Source: Eubacteriales bacterium (GTDB lineage Bacteria > Bacillota > Clostridia > Oscillospirales > CAG-382). From it: DNA of 64,000 nucleotides. Shown one piece after another: positions 48,728-57,638 of this stretch. The notes under the pieces were generated by a model. That model saw only the letters and a program-made list of their open reading frames with translations, was not told where the DNA came from and did not search any database. Made by a program: the position numbers and the translations under genes. Each line of letters opens with the position of its first letter. The first letter of the stretch is position 1. The stretch is taken from positions 1,377 through 65,376 of the forward strand of contig JAZQKV010000105.1 of NCBI GenBank assembly GCA_045542335.1, read 5' to 3'.

Positions 48728-49606
48728 ATGCTTGAAAAACTCAACCCTTATATCCGATACGCAAGAATCCAAAAGCTCACCGAAAGCTCTAAAAAGCTGT
48801 GCATGGGTCACGATAACCGCCTGTTTGTCTGCCTTGAGGGTGAGGCAAATGCAAAGGTTTGCAAAAAGAATCCGCAATCCGATTCTCTCCCGACAGACTT
48901 TGATAATTTCACAATTTCTGCCGGAAATGCCCTGTTTATCAACGCATACACGCCTTATTCGTTTTATGGATATACCGACGATGACGGCGTTCTTATGCTG
49001 GTTTTGAATTTTGACCTGACAGATGAGTTCAGCTGCTTTTCCGAGCTTCATCATACATTTGAGTATTCGCTGTGGGACGGAGTTAAAAAGTATGCCGAGG
49101 CGGAGATCCCACTTCTTGAAAAACCCAGGTTCTTCGCGGAAAGTCAAAGTGTTGTTGGGCTTCTTACACGAATTACAGATATGTTCCGAGAGGAAGAACC
49201 CGCAGATTTTTACCGTGATATTTCCTCGGCATACCTCAAAACCGCCCTTATTTCAATGCTCTCGGAGCAAACAACCGCAAAGCCTGCGCCTGTGCGTCGT
49301 GCAATGGAATACATAAGAGCATCTTTCAAAACGGAAATTTCAAATGAAGATGTGGCAAAATTCGTCGGTTATCATCCTTATCATCTTAACCGCCTTTTTA
49401 AAAAACACCTTGGAACAGGACTTCGTGATTACATAATAAACTATCGTCTGAGGGAAGCGCAAAACCGCCTTGCCGAAACAGACTTGCCTGTTGCATTTGT
49501 TGCCTCGGAATGTGGATTTTCAGACGTTTCATATTTTTCCCAGTGCTTTCGCAAACGCATCGGAAACACTCCGAAAGAATACAGGCAAAAAAACAAGCTT
49601 ATGTAA
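48728..49606 (+). CDS. AraC family transcriptional regulator
   Basis: Cupin-like N-terminus; YHPYHLNRLFKK, VASECGFSDVSYFSQCFRKRIGNTPKEYR. Confidence 0.92.
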   Translation: MLEKLNPYIRYARIQKLTESSKKLCMGHDNRLFVCLEGEANAKVCKKNPQSDSLPTDFDNFTISAGNALFINAYTPYSFYGYTDDDGVLMLVLNFDLTDEFSCFSELHHTFEYSLWDGVKKYAEAEIPLLEKPRFFAESQSVVGLLTRITDMFREEEPADFYRDISSAYLKTALISMLSEQTTAKPAPVRRAMEYIRASFKTEISNEDVAKFVGYHPYHLNRLFKKHLGTGLRDYIINYRLREAQNRLAETDLPVAFVASECGFSDVSYFSQCFRKRIGNTPKEYRQKNKLM

Positions 49607-49765
49607 AAAGTCAGACATTAAAGAAAAAATCTGTTTCCGGACTGAATACTTTTTTCAAAACGACAAAATAATTAAGGGTATGCACAAGATTTTTGCATAC
49701 CCTTAAAAATATGAATTTCCCCGATAGCTTCCATGATAAAAACTTTGTTTTTCTGCGGACTTCAC

Positions 49766-49834
49766 GGGGATTCAAAAGGGTACTTTTCAGACAAAGTACC
49801 CCTTTGACAGGGCGTGGGGCATTGCCCCACATAC
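49766..49834 (-). repeat. Composite palindromic REP-like element, full copy (reverse orientation)
   Basis: Reverse complement gtatgtggggcaatgccccacgccctgtcaaaggggtactttgtctgaaaagtacccttttgaatcccc matches the copy at 61680-61748. Confidence 0.8.
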
Positions 49835-49839
49835 CTCAT

Positions 49840-49938
49840 TTAGTTGTTGCCGCAGAAGCAGCAAAGGAAGATGAGGGCGATGAGGATGATGATCCAGATG
49901 TTGTTGTCGTCTGTGAAAGAATTACCCAAGCAAGCCAT
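49840..49938 (-). CDS. 32-aa hydrophobic Cys-rich small protein, probably spore-associated
   Basis: AAGGAGG SD, then MACLGNSFTDDNNIWIIILIALIFLCCFCGNN; SigK-like promoter upstream. Confidence 0.65.
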   Translation of the reverse strand: MACLGNSFTDDNNIWIIILIALIFLCCFCGNN

Positions 49939-50093
49939 AAATATTTCCTCCTTAAAGTATGCATCGAGAGCCGATGCGATGAAGTTGCGTGAAAGGCAAA
50001 GCCGTGGACATTGCCAAGGGGGGACGGCAAGCCCATAGCACCGCCTGCCACTGCTTTTCACTCATCAAAGCACCTCTTTGAGATGCTTTACTA

Positions 50094-50122
50094 CATACTA
50101 TGACATAAAGCTCCATGCGGTT
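50094..50122 (-). promoter_or_regulatory. Putative SigK-type promoter
   Basis: AACC-N16-CATAGTATG fits the mACm-N16-CATAnnnTr consensus. Confidence 0.45.
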
Positions 50123-50233
50123 CTTGACGAAAGCTCGGGTAAATGCGAAAAATATGGGTATATAAAGCTTTTTAGACGAGAAGTGCGGAGAATAAATTTT
50201 TTTGAAAAAAGTGAAAATATATCAAAAAAACGG

Positions 50234-50262
50234 TTGACAAAACGAATTTTTTACGTTATAAT
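50234..50262 (+). promoter_or_regulatory. Consensus SigA promoter of the asnC-like gene and smpB
   Basis: TTGACA-N17-TATAAT. Confidence 0.8.
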
Positions 50263-50300
50263 AAGGTGCAAACGAAAAAAATTGTGTGGAGGCGATTTTG

Positions 50301-50759
50301 ATGGATGAACTTGATTTCACAATATTATCGTGCCTTAAGGAAAACGCAAGAATGACTTCTTCGGAAATCGGCAAAAAGGTTAATCTTTCGGTTTCTGCGG
50401 TCATTGAAAGAATAAAAAAGCTTGAGCAGTCGGATATAATTGAAAAATACACCGTAACGCTCAATCAGAAATCACTTGGCAATGACCTCATTGCCATAAT
50501 GGAGGTCAGCCTTGAGCATCCCAAATATTATGACGATTTTGTTGCAATGGTAGAGCGCAATCCGAACATTCAGTCGTGCTATTATCTTACGGGTGAATTT
50601 GATTTTATGCTCAAAATTATCACCGATTCAACCGACAGCCTCAACCAGATACACCGTCGGATAAAGAGCATGAAGGGCGTCAGCACAACTGAAACGCATT
50701 TCGTTCTTAAAGCTCTCAAGTGTGAACCGTCCGTTATTCCGACAATGGACTACGAATAA
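50301..50759 (+). CDS. Lrp/AsnC family transcriptional regulator
   Basis: [17 protein letters not shown]...[31 protein letters not shown]. Confidence 0.92.
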   Translation: MDELDFTILSCLKENARMTSSEIGKKVNLSVSAVIERIKKLEQSDIIEKYTVTLNQKSLGNDLIAIMEVSLEHPKYYDDFVAMVERNPNIQSCYYLTGEFDFMLKIITDSTDSLNQIHRRIKSMKGVSTTETHFVLKALKCEPSVIPTMDYE

Positions 50760-50794
50760 TATTAACCACAAGTTATCGAAAGGAGCTGATACTT

Positions 50795-51262
50795 ACGGAT
50801 AAGAATAAGGAAATAAAAATCGCCGCACAGAATAAAAAAGCATATCACGATTATTTTATCGAGCAAACCTTTGAAGCAGGTATCGAGCTTTTCGGCACCG
50901 AGGTCAAGAGCATACGTCAGGGTGCAGTAAACATGAAGGATTCCTATTGCCGCATAATCAAGGGCGAGATTTTTGCAACAGGTATCCACATAAGCCCATA
51001 TGAAAAGGGCAACATTTTCAACCGCGAACCCATGCGTGACAGAAAGCTTCTCATGCACAAGCGTGAAATAATGAAGCTTTTCGGACTTGTGGGAACGCAA
51101 GGCTATTCAATTGTGCCGCTGAAAATGTACTTTGTCGGCTCAAGGGTGAAGGTTGAAATAGGACTTTGTAAGGGTAAAAAGCTATACGATAAACGTGAAA
51201 CCGATGCCAAAAAGCAGGCACAGAGGGACATCGAAAGATACTCAAAGGAAAGCAACAGATAA
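50795..51262 (+). CDS. smpB: SsrA-binding protein SmpB (non-canonical start)
   Basis: In-frame [31 protein letters not shown] lies upstream of the ORF-track ATG (50933). Also has [32 protein letters not shown] precedes CTT/ACG. Confidence 0.92.
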   Translation, partial: TDKNKEIKIAAQNKKAYHDYFIEQTFEAGIELFGTEVKSIRQGAVNMKDSYCRIIKGEIFATGIHISPYEKGNIFNREPMRDRKLLMHKREIMKLFGLVGTQGYSIVPLKMYFVGSRVKVEIGLCKGKKLYDKRETDAKKQAQRDIERYSKESNR

Positions 51263-51370
51263 CTATACTTCAAGGGATACCAATGTGGGTGTCCCTTGAT
51301 TTTCTTTTTGTCACCACACAGCTATATTGCATATAATGTTCATATGAAACATTTAAAAAGGAGCTTTTTC

Positions 51371-51616
51371 ATGATAAATCAATCCAACCTTTCCGAGTTT
51401 CTCAATCTTTCCGACGAACAGCTCAAAAAACGCCTTGAACAAGCCGCCGTTGCCGCAGGTGCTGATAAAAACAAAATCGCCCTCATGCTGTCAAATCCCG
51501 AAAGATTGCGAGCCATCATTTCTTCCCTGACTCCCGAGGATGCTGAACGCATGATAAAAATGTTTGGAAAAGACAAGGCACAGGCAATCGCCGACAGCTT
51601 GAAAAACGGAATGTGA
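51371..51616 (+). CDS. Hypothetical protein
   Basis: AAAGGAG SD + ATG; helical 81 aa; first of three tightly spaced genes. Confidence 0.65.
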   Translation: MINQSNLSEFLNLSDEQLKKRLEQAAVAAGADKNKIALMLSNPERLRAIISSLTPEDAERMIKMFGKDKAQAIADSLKNGM

Positions 51617-51648
51617 AGCGCACAATTTGAGAAAGGAGAGAGTGCAGA

Positions 51649-52077
51649 ATGGATAATCCGCAGGACAAAATCAATGCTTTGCTTTCTGACCCGGAGAATC
51701 TCAAGACACTTGCCAGAATCGCCTCGGGTTTTATGGCACAATCGCCCATGCCCACACCCGAACAGCCGCAAGCTGATGACGGAGCTTCGGCACAGACCAT
51801 CTCTGACAACACCGCTTCCGACGGCGAAAGCTTGTCAAACGGCCAAACAGAAAAAAGCGAAAATGCAGTTCCGACAATTTCAGGTCAGACCGGGGATGCA
51901 GGTCTTTTGTCGGGACTTCTCGGTCCGGGGTTTAAAATTCCGGGGGACGTTGACAAAAGCATTGTGCTTCTCAACGCTTTGAAGCCGTATCTTGGAAATC
52001 ACAAGCGTGAAACGTGTGAGCTTGTTGTAAGGCTTCTTGGGGCGGCAAAGCTGTTGGGAATGTACAAAATTGGCTGA
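51649..52077 (+). CDS. Hypothetical protein (possibly spore-associated)
   Basis: AAAGGAGAG SD; LLSDPENLK and LLNALKPYL motifs flanking a low-complexity linker. Confidence 0.65.
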   Translation: MDNPQDKINALLSDPENLKTLARIASGFMAQSPMPTPEQPQADDGASAQTISDNTASDGESLSNGQTEKSENAVPTISGQTGDAGLLSGLLGPGFKIPGDVDKSIVLLNALKPYLGNHKRETCELVVRLLGAAKLLGMYKIG

Positions 52078-52094
52078 AAGGGGGAGATTTACAT

Positions 52095-52622
52095 ATGTAT
52101 GCGAGAAATTATAATAAGCCGCAAGAAGTTATGCAAGGACGGAAAATACCTGTTCAGAGCTTTCCCGAACCCGGCGTTTTTATGGGAATGGAACGGAGCG
52201 TTCACGAGGACAGAGCCGATTTGAAGCCACGCTTGCACACATCTTTTCCGTCAAGCCGTCCCAAAACAGATGATCTGGTTTCAGACAACGACATTCAAGC
52301 CGACACACACTCGGAGCAAGCTGCCGAAAACACAGATTTGCCCGATGAGCAGACACCCGATGAAAAAGAAAACAACCGGGAAATCCAAACCTTCGCCAAT
52401 ACACCGGCAAAATCAAAAAAAGACATGGGACTTATCGAACGTTTGAGCAAGAATATGTCAAAACATTCCTCCGGCGTTTTTTCGGAGCTTTCAACGGAGG
52501 ATTTTATAATTTTTGCGCTTATTGCCCTGTTTCTTCTTGGTGCAGATGACGATGAGCCTGACGGCAAAAACGAAAAGGACAGTCTTGTTCCTCTTGCATT
52601 GCTTGCTTTGGTTTTGCTTTGA
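52095..52622 (+). CDS. Hypothetical protein with acidic linker and C-terminal hydrophobic segments
   Basis: GGGGAG SD; starts MYARNY; ends EDFIIFALIALFLL...LALLALVLL. Confidence 0.65.
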   Translation: MYARNYNKPQEVMQGRKIPVQSFPEPGVFMGMERSVHEDRADLKPRLHTSFPSSRPKTDDLVSDNDIQADTHSEQAAENTDLPDEQTPDEKENNREIQTFANTPAKSKKDMGLIERLSKNMSKHSSGVFSELSTEDFIIFALIALFLLGADDDEPDGKNEKDSLVPLALLALVLL

Positions 52623-52694
52623 TGCCAAGTGTTCGGTTTGAAAAATGCACAAAAATAAGGGCAGGTGAAAACTGTCACGTCTTGCCTGTAAATC

Positions 52695-52758
52695 TATGGG
52701 ACTTTGCTCCAAAAAAGAAAGGGGTGCTTTTCTTGAAAAGCACCCCTTTGAACACCCC
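52695..52758 (+). repeat. Composite palindromic REP-like element
   Basis: Core AAAGGGGTGCTTTTC-tt-GAAAAGCACCCCTTT (52718-52749) is identical to the 61708 copy except for the loop; tail gaacacccc. Confidence 0.8.
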
Positions 52759-52821
52759 GAAACGCTTTAAATCGGGGTGAATTGCTTATGGTTTTGAGGG
52801 CAAAAACGCCCCAAAAAGTTG

Positions 52822-53976
52822 TTATTCTGCTTCAGTTTCGGTTTCTGTTTCAGCCTCGGTCTCTGCTTCTGCTTCTGCTTCTGCTTTTGCTGCTTCCTCT
52901 GCGGCTGCGGCTTCTTCTGCTGCAATTTCCGCTTCGATTTCTGCCTTGAAGGTGTCAAAGGTTATTTCGTCATAACCCTCGCCATATACAACGGGTGTTG
53001 TGTCGATAAGAGCCTGAATTGCAGACTGAATTGCTGCAACTGTACCGTTTGCTTCGATAATTGCGTAAGCATAGGTGTCTCTGTTTTCAGCAATTTCCTC
53101 GGCGGTGAGAGCAAGGGGAAGACGCTTTATGATGTGGTAGCCATAGCTTGTTTCAACAGGCTCGCCGATTTCGTTATCCTCAAGAGCAAGTGTTCCCTGA
53201 TAGAATTCTTCAACCATTTCGCCGGGGCCAAAGGTGTAACCGTCGGGATTTGCTTCCATGCCGGGGTCCTCGCCGTATTCCTTGACAAGTGCATCGAAAT
53301 CTTCGCCTGCAATTGCCTTATTGTAAACGTCGTTTGCAAGCTTCTTCTTTGCTTCAAGGGCATCGCCTGTGAGTGCGGTTCCGTTCTCGTCGGTTGTGCC
53401 GATGAGAATGTGCTTTGCGGAAGCGTAGTTTTCGTTTACATATTTTGTGATTTCTTCATCGGAAACCTTTTTCATTTCCGCAAGGGAGATTTCATCGTTG
53501 ATTGCGATGAGCTTCATCATTTCGGGAAGCTGTTCTCCGTAAAGCTCGTTGATGTCAACGCCGTAATAGAGCGAGAACATCTGGGTGTAGTAAGCGGTGA
53601 TTTCGTCAATCTTTGCCTGATCGATGTTGTCAACGTCAACGCCGACAGATTTTGCGTAGTTATATGTTGCGGCGTTGGACTTGAAATAGCTTTCAATTTC
53701 GGTGTTGAACTGTGTCTTGAATTCTTCGCTTGAAAAATCAACTTCTTCGCCATTTGTCATATAGTCCTTCTGAATTGTTTTGAAGAAATACTCATAAGAA
53801 CTTCTGTCAACAACATACTCGCCGATGGTGAGTATTGCGGAGGGGGCTGCGTTTTCGGGTTGAGTGTTGTCGGTGATGTTTTCTCCATTGGGGTTAACCT
53901 GGGGGATTTTGTCGCAGCCGCAAAGTGCAGAGAATGCAAGGACGGCGCAAATTACAAGTGCAAGAATCTTTTTCAT
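52822..53976 (-). CDS. Parvulin-type peptidylprolyl isomerase lipoprotein (PrsA-like)
   Basis: Lipobox-like ALCGC, SAKHILI, FDALVKEYGEDPG, MVEEF, ETSYGYHIIKR; EA/ET-rich tail. Confidence 0.85.
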   Translation of the reverse strand: MKKILALVICAVLAFSALCGCDKIPQVNPNGENITDNTQPENAAPSAILTIGEYVVDRSSYEYFFKTIQKDYMTNGEEVDFSSEEFKTQFNTEIESYFKSNAATYNYAKSVGVDVDNIDQAKIDEITAYYTQMFSLYYGVDINELYGEQLPEMMKLIAINDEISLAEMKKVSDEEITKYVNENYASAKHILIGTTDENGTALTGDALEAKKKLANDVYNKAIAGEDFDALVKEYGEDPGMEANPDGYTFGPGEMVEEFYQGTLALEDNEIGEPVETSYGYHIIKRLPLALTAEEIAENRDTYAYAIIEANGTVAAIQSAIQALIDTTPVVYGEGYDEITFDTFKAEIEAEIAAEEAAAAEEAAKAEAEAEAETEAETETETEAE

Positions 53977-54172
53977 TGTTTTTTTCCTGACCTTTCGTTA
54001 TAAAAATTTGTTTTCGGACATTTTTGTACGGCAACGCCAAGTGTAACCATACGCATAAAAAACATTATATCACCCGAATGTGATGAATCTGTGAAAATCC
54101 TTAAAAGTTTACAATATGTTCTTGGAGATGAAAAAAACAGACGTGAACTCTTCAATGGGAACTTTGCAAGAA

Positions 54173-55489
54173 TCAAATGTCATATTTTGCCCTTGCGAAG
54201 TGTAAAACTTCAAGTCCGATTTCGCAAAGGGGTGCAACCGCAACACGACCGAGACTTGCAGAGGCATGGACGATTTTGCCGTCGCCTATGAAAATTGCCA
54301 CATGACCTTTGAAGTAAACAAGGTCGCCCGGACGAAGCTCGTCATGGGTAATTTCCGTTACAAATTCCTCCTTGAAAACCGCATCTCTGAACAATGGGAC
54401 ACCGCAAAGACTGTGTGCCATAAATGCAAGACCCGAGCAGTCAATGCCCGATGGACTTTTTCCGCCCCAACGATATGGCGTGCCAACATACAAAAGAGCG
54501 TTTGCGGCAATTTTTTCGCCGGTTTCCATGTTGTCCTCATACTGTGGCACAAGATTTTCCTTGCGCACAAAGTAACGCTTTTTGCCGTAAAACACCCTGC
54601 AGAAGCGTTCGCCTGCATCATGGATATATTCCACCACAGAGCCTCTTGGCAGAACAGCAATTGGAGAATGTTTGTATTCAGGCGTCGGAAGCAGGTCGCA
54701 CCACGGGGAGAAAACTGTTTTTGTAACCTTGTGTATTCCTCCTGTCACAGGCTGAATGTGCTTTCTGCGGATATAGCCTTTATAGCCGTAATATGTTTCG
54801 CAAAGCACCATGCTTTCGGTATAATCCCCATCTGTTTCATCTGTTATGCAAATAAGAGTTCCGTAAAGAGCTTCGTCAACACATTCTGCCTCAATTGCCG
54901 GCTCGGAATAAAGCATTGCCGAGGGTACGCTGACAAAATATTTGTATTTCTCAGCATCTGCGGCGATTTTTGCGCTTTGCTTTTCAAATTGCTCCGGGAA
55001 AAGCATTTTTGCAAGCCTTGCAACTGTTCTTGCCGCTGTTTTTTCGGGGCGAACGGTTATGTTTGCGCAGGACGAATATGTTCCGATTCTTTTGTTGTAA
55101 AGGGCAGAGATTTCCTCCTTTCCGCCCTTTGCCATGGGACGGCTTTTGTCGCCGAGGATTCTTGTCAGACAATGCCCGAAAGGTGTGTCGAGAAACACGA
55201 TTCTTCCGTGTTCTTTCATTATTTCAACATTTTCGGGACGCATTACACAGCCGCCGCCGGTTGAAATTATTGCGCCCTCGGAGTTTTGGGAAATTTCACG
55301 CAGGACCTCGGTTTCAATTTTTCTGAAAGCCTCCTCGCCCTGTGTTGCGAAAATCTCGGAAATTACTCCGTGTCTTGAAACAATTTCGTCGTCCACATCC
55401 ATAAATGGGTGACCTGTTTCGTTTGCAAGTCCTTTTCCAACTGTGGTTTTTCCGCAGCCCATAAAGCCGCAAAGATAGATGTTATTCAA
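54173..55489 (-). CDS. Fusion: shikimate kinase + SH3b + NlpC/P60 (YkfC-like) peptidase
   Basis: GFMGCGKTTVG, FRKIE, STGGGCV, RPMA (AroK); then DEALYG and LPRGS (SH3-like); then PYRWGGKSPSGIDCSGL...HVAIFIGDGKIVHAS. Confidence 0.85.
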   Translation of the reverse strand: MNNIYLCGFMGCGKTTVGKGLANETGHPFMDVDDEIVSRHGVISEIFATQGEEAFRKIETEVLREISQNSEGAIISTGGGCVMRPENVEIMKEHGRIVFLDTPFGHCLTRILGDKSRPMAKGGKEEISALYNKRIGTYSSCANITVRPEKTAARTVARLAKMLFPEQFEKQSAKIAADAEKYKYFVSVPSAMLYSEPAIEAECVDEALYGTLICITDETDGDYTESMVLCETYYGYKGYIRRKHIQPVTGGIHKVTKTVFSPWCDLLPTPEYKHSPIAVLPRGSVVEYIHDAGERFCRVFYGKKRYFVRKENLVPQYEDNMETGEKIAANALLYVGTPYRWGGKSPSGIDCSGLAFMAHSLCGVPLFRDAVFKEEFVTEITHDELRPGDLVYFKGHVAIFIGDGKIVHASASLGRVAVAPLCEIGLEVLHFARAKYDI

Positions 55490-56337
55490 GAATTGTTCCT
55501 CTTTTCAAGTTCTTTTTCGCAAGCCTTTGCCACAATGTCAAGCTGACTGTCCGTGAAAGTGCAGCCTGTCCAGAGCTCCTGCGCCTTCACAGCCTGAAGA
55601 ATGAGCATCCAGAGTCCGTTTTCGCCATGGATACCATGCTTTGCGGCAATTCGCAGAAGCTCTGTTTCGGAAGGATTGTAAATTGCATCAAAAACACCCG
55701 AGCAATCCTTAACTGCTTCTTCTGAAATGGGAGAAACTCCAACCTTCGGGAACATACCAACGGGTGTTCCGTTGACAATAAGCGGATTGTCAAGTGATTT
55801 TATAGCTTCGGTGTCCTCAAGGGAAAGAACAGCCGGTCTTACATTATATGCCGCCTCAATCTCGTCTGCCAATTCCGCAGAGCTTGCGGCGTTTCGTGCG
55901 GCAATTGTGAGATGCGCACCCATGTCGCAAAGCGCATGGGCAAAGGTTTTGCAAACTCCGCCGCTTCCTAAAAGAAGAACCTCTCTGTCAGCCGCAAGAC
56001 CTCCCTTTTCGAGCGCTCTTGTGAAGCCGAAATAGTCGGTGTTGTGTCCCACAACTTTTCCGTTCTGCTTGACAACGGTGTTAACCGAGCCGAGCTTTTT
56101 TGCTTCGGGGGAAAGCTCGTCAAGAAAAGGAATTGACACAACCTTGTGGGGGATTGTGATGTTGAAGCCGTCAAATTCACGGATAACCTCGGGAAGCCTT
56201 TTGGGAATATCTTCGGGGGCAATTTCCGTGATGTCGTATTCGCCGTCATAGCCTGAAAGGGAAAACAGAGTGTTCTGGATAAGAGGGGAGATGGAATGGG
56301 TCAGGTGGTGACCTATCAGAGTGAAATTTTTCTTCAT
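55486..56337 (-). CDS. aroE: Shikimate dehydrogenase
   Basis: HSISP, NITIPHK, GSVNT, GHNTDYFG, GSGGV, DAIYNP, NGLWMLILQA. Confidence 0.93.
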   Translation of the reverse strand: MKKNFTLIGHHLTHSISPLIQNTLFSLSGYDGEYDITEIAPEDIPKRLPEVIREFDGFNITIPHKVVSIPFLDELSPEAKKLGSVNTVVKQNGKVVGHNTDYFGFTRALEKGGLAADREVLLLGSGGVCKTFAHALCDMGAHLTIAARNAASSAELADEIEAAYNVRPAVLSLEDTEAIKSLDNPLIVNGTPVGMFPKVGVSPISEEAVKDCSGVFDAIYNPSETELLRIAAKHGIHGENGLWMLILQAVKAQELWTGCTFTDSQLDIVAKACEKELEKRNNS

Positions 56338-56424
56338 ATTATACTTCCTTTTGAGTGAATACTGCGTGCCGTCGTTCAAGAGCATTCGCATGAGAATCAG
56401 AGGGGGTGGGACGTCTTTATGCCC

Positions 56425-56949
56425 TTATTTGAAAAGCTTGCCCTTGAAACGGTATCTGTAAATTATCGCCGCAACGTTGAGAAAAAGGTCGTAGGCGAAG
56501 AGAAAAACGTTTGCCGCAACAAGCGTCACAACAAGCATTGCCGTTGTGAACCCCTCCTCAATGCCAACAAACTTTACCGTGATAAATGCAAGCACTCCAA
56601 CGCAGGCATTGAAAAGTGCAAGCTTTATGATAATGCCAATGGGAACGCACTTTACCGTGTGCCTTTCGATGACCGTTTTGAGAATGGGATAATGCCCGAG
56701 AAAAAGGACATAGTAAAGCGTTGCAGGTCTTAGCGGCATGAAAATGAGGGAAGCCACGGAGGAAACAGCATAAACGAGCCAAGCACGCTTTGCAGTTAAT
56801 TCTTCCCTCGCAACAAGCACCGCAAGGCAAGCTGCCGATGCTGCCGTGAGGTCAAGGATTTCAAAAAATCCTCCTATTATAACAAGCACTGCCCCAACCG
56901 CCGAAAGCATGGCAGAAAGTGCAAGGCTTTTTGTGTCGGTTCTCTTTAT
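56425..56949 (-). CDS. Multi-pass membrane protein, probable ATA start
   Basis: GGGAGG SD, 8 nt, then ATA gives (M)KRTDTKSLALSAMLSA; several TM helices; GHYPILK. Confidence 0.7.
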   Translation of the reverse strand: MKRTDTKSLALSAMLSAVGAVLVIIGGFFEILDLTAASAACLAVLVAREELTAKRAWLVYAVSSVASLIFMPLRPATLYYVLFLGHYPILKTVIERHTVKCVPIGIIIKLALFNACVGVLAFITVKFVGIEEGFTTAMLVVTLVAANVFLFAYDLFLNVAAIIYRYRFKGKLFK

Positions 56950-57147
56950 GACCGTCGCCTCCCGAAAACAACATTACTCCGTATATTTTACCACACAATA
57001 ACTGTTCTTTCAATAATATTTTATAAAATAAATATGATTTAACAAAAAATTAAAACCGTTGAAGTGTGAAGCTGTTGAAAGACAGAGGGTATTGGTGTAA
57101 AATATATAAGGAAAATTTTGCAAATTAAAGAAAGGAAAACATGATTT

Positions 57148-57633
57148 ATGATTTTAAGGGAAATTTCGGAATTTATAAAGAGAACCTGCGTGTTCTTCAC
57201 TGTTGGCACTCTTGCCTTTTTAATTGCGGGAACGGCATTCTCGGGTGATGTTGCCATGGGCGAGGACGGTTTTGCCTATATTTACACAAAGCTCATTCTT
57301 TTCGGCGCACTCCTTTGCTTCTCGGCGTTTGTGTCACTTGCCATCAGCGTTTCCTCGGCGGTGAGCTTTGATATTGTTTTCAAGGTGCTCATAAATTTTG
57401 CGATTTGCTATGTTGGCTTTTACGTTTCATTTTTTGTGCTTTTGGGCAACTTTTCGCTTCTCGGACAGTTTGCATATATGTCCTTTATCTTTTTTGTTGC
57501 CTATGCCGTGATATGCGCCGTTTACCTCATTATAAGAGGAATACGTTCAAAATTTGAAAACGAAAACAGCTCTTACACCGAGCTTTACAGCGAGCTTGAT
57601 GAGAACAAGCAAGGCAATAAAAATAAAGGATAA
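57148..57633 (+). CDS. Hypothetical membrane protein
   Basis: Four hydrophobic segments and a charged C-terminal tail; 5 nt upstream of the next gene. Confidence 0.6.
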   Translation: MILREISEFIKRTCVFFTVGTLAFLIAGTAFSGDVAMGEDGFAYIYTKLILFGALLCFSAFVSLAISVSSAVSFDIVFKVLINFAICYVGFYVSFFVLLGNFSLLGQFAYMSFIFFVAYAVICAVYLIIRGIRSKFENENSSYTELYSELDENKQGNKNKG

Positions 57634-57638
57634 ACAAT

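Noticed and set aside
51263-51370. tmRNA (ssrA) next to smpB
   Set aside because: No GGGG...CCACCA tRNA-like ends, and the interval is too short.
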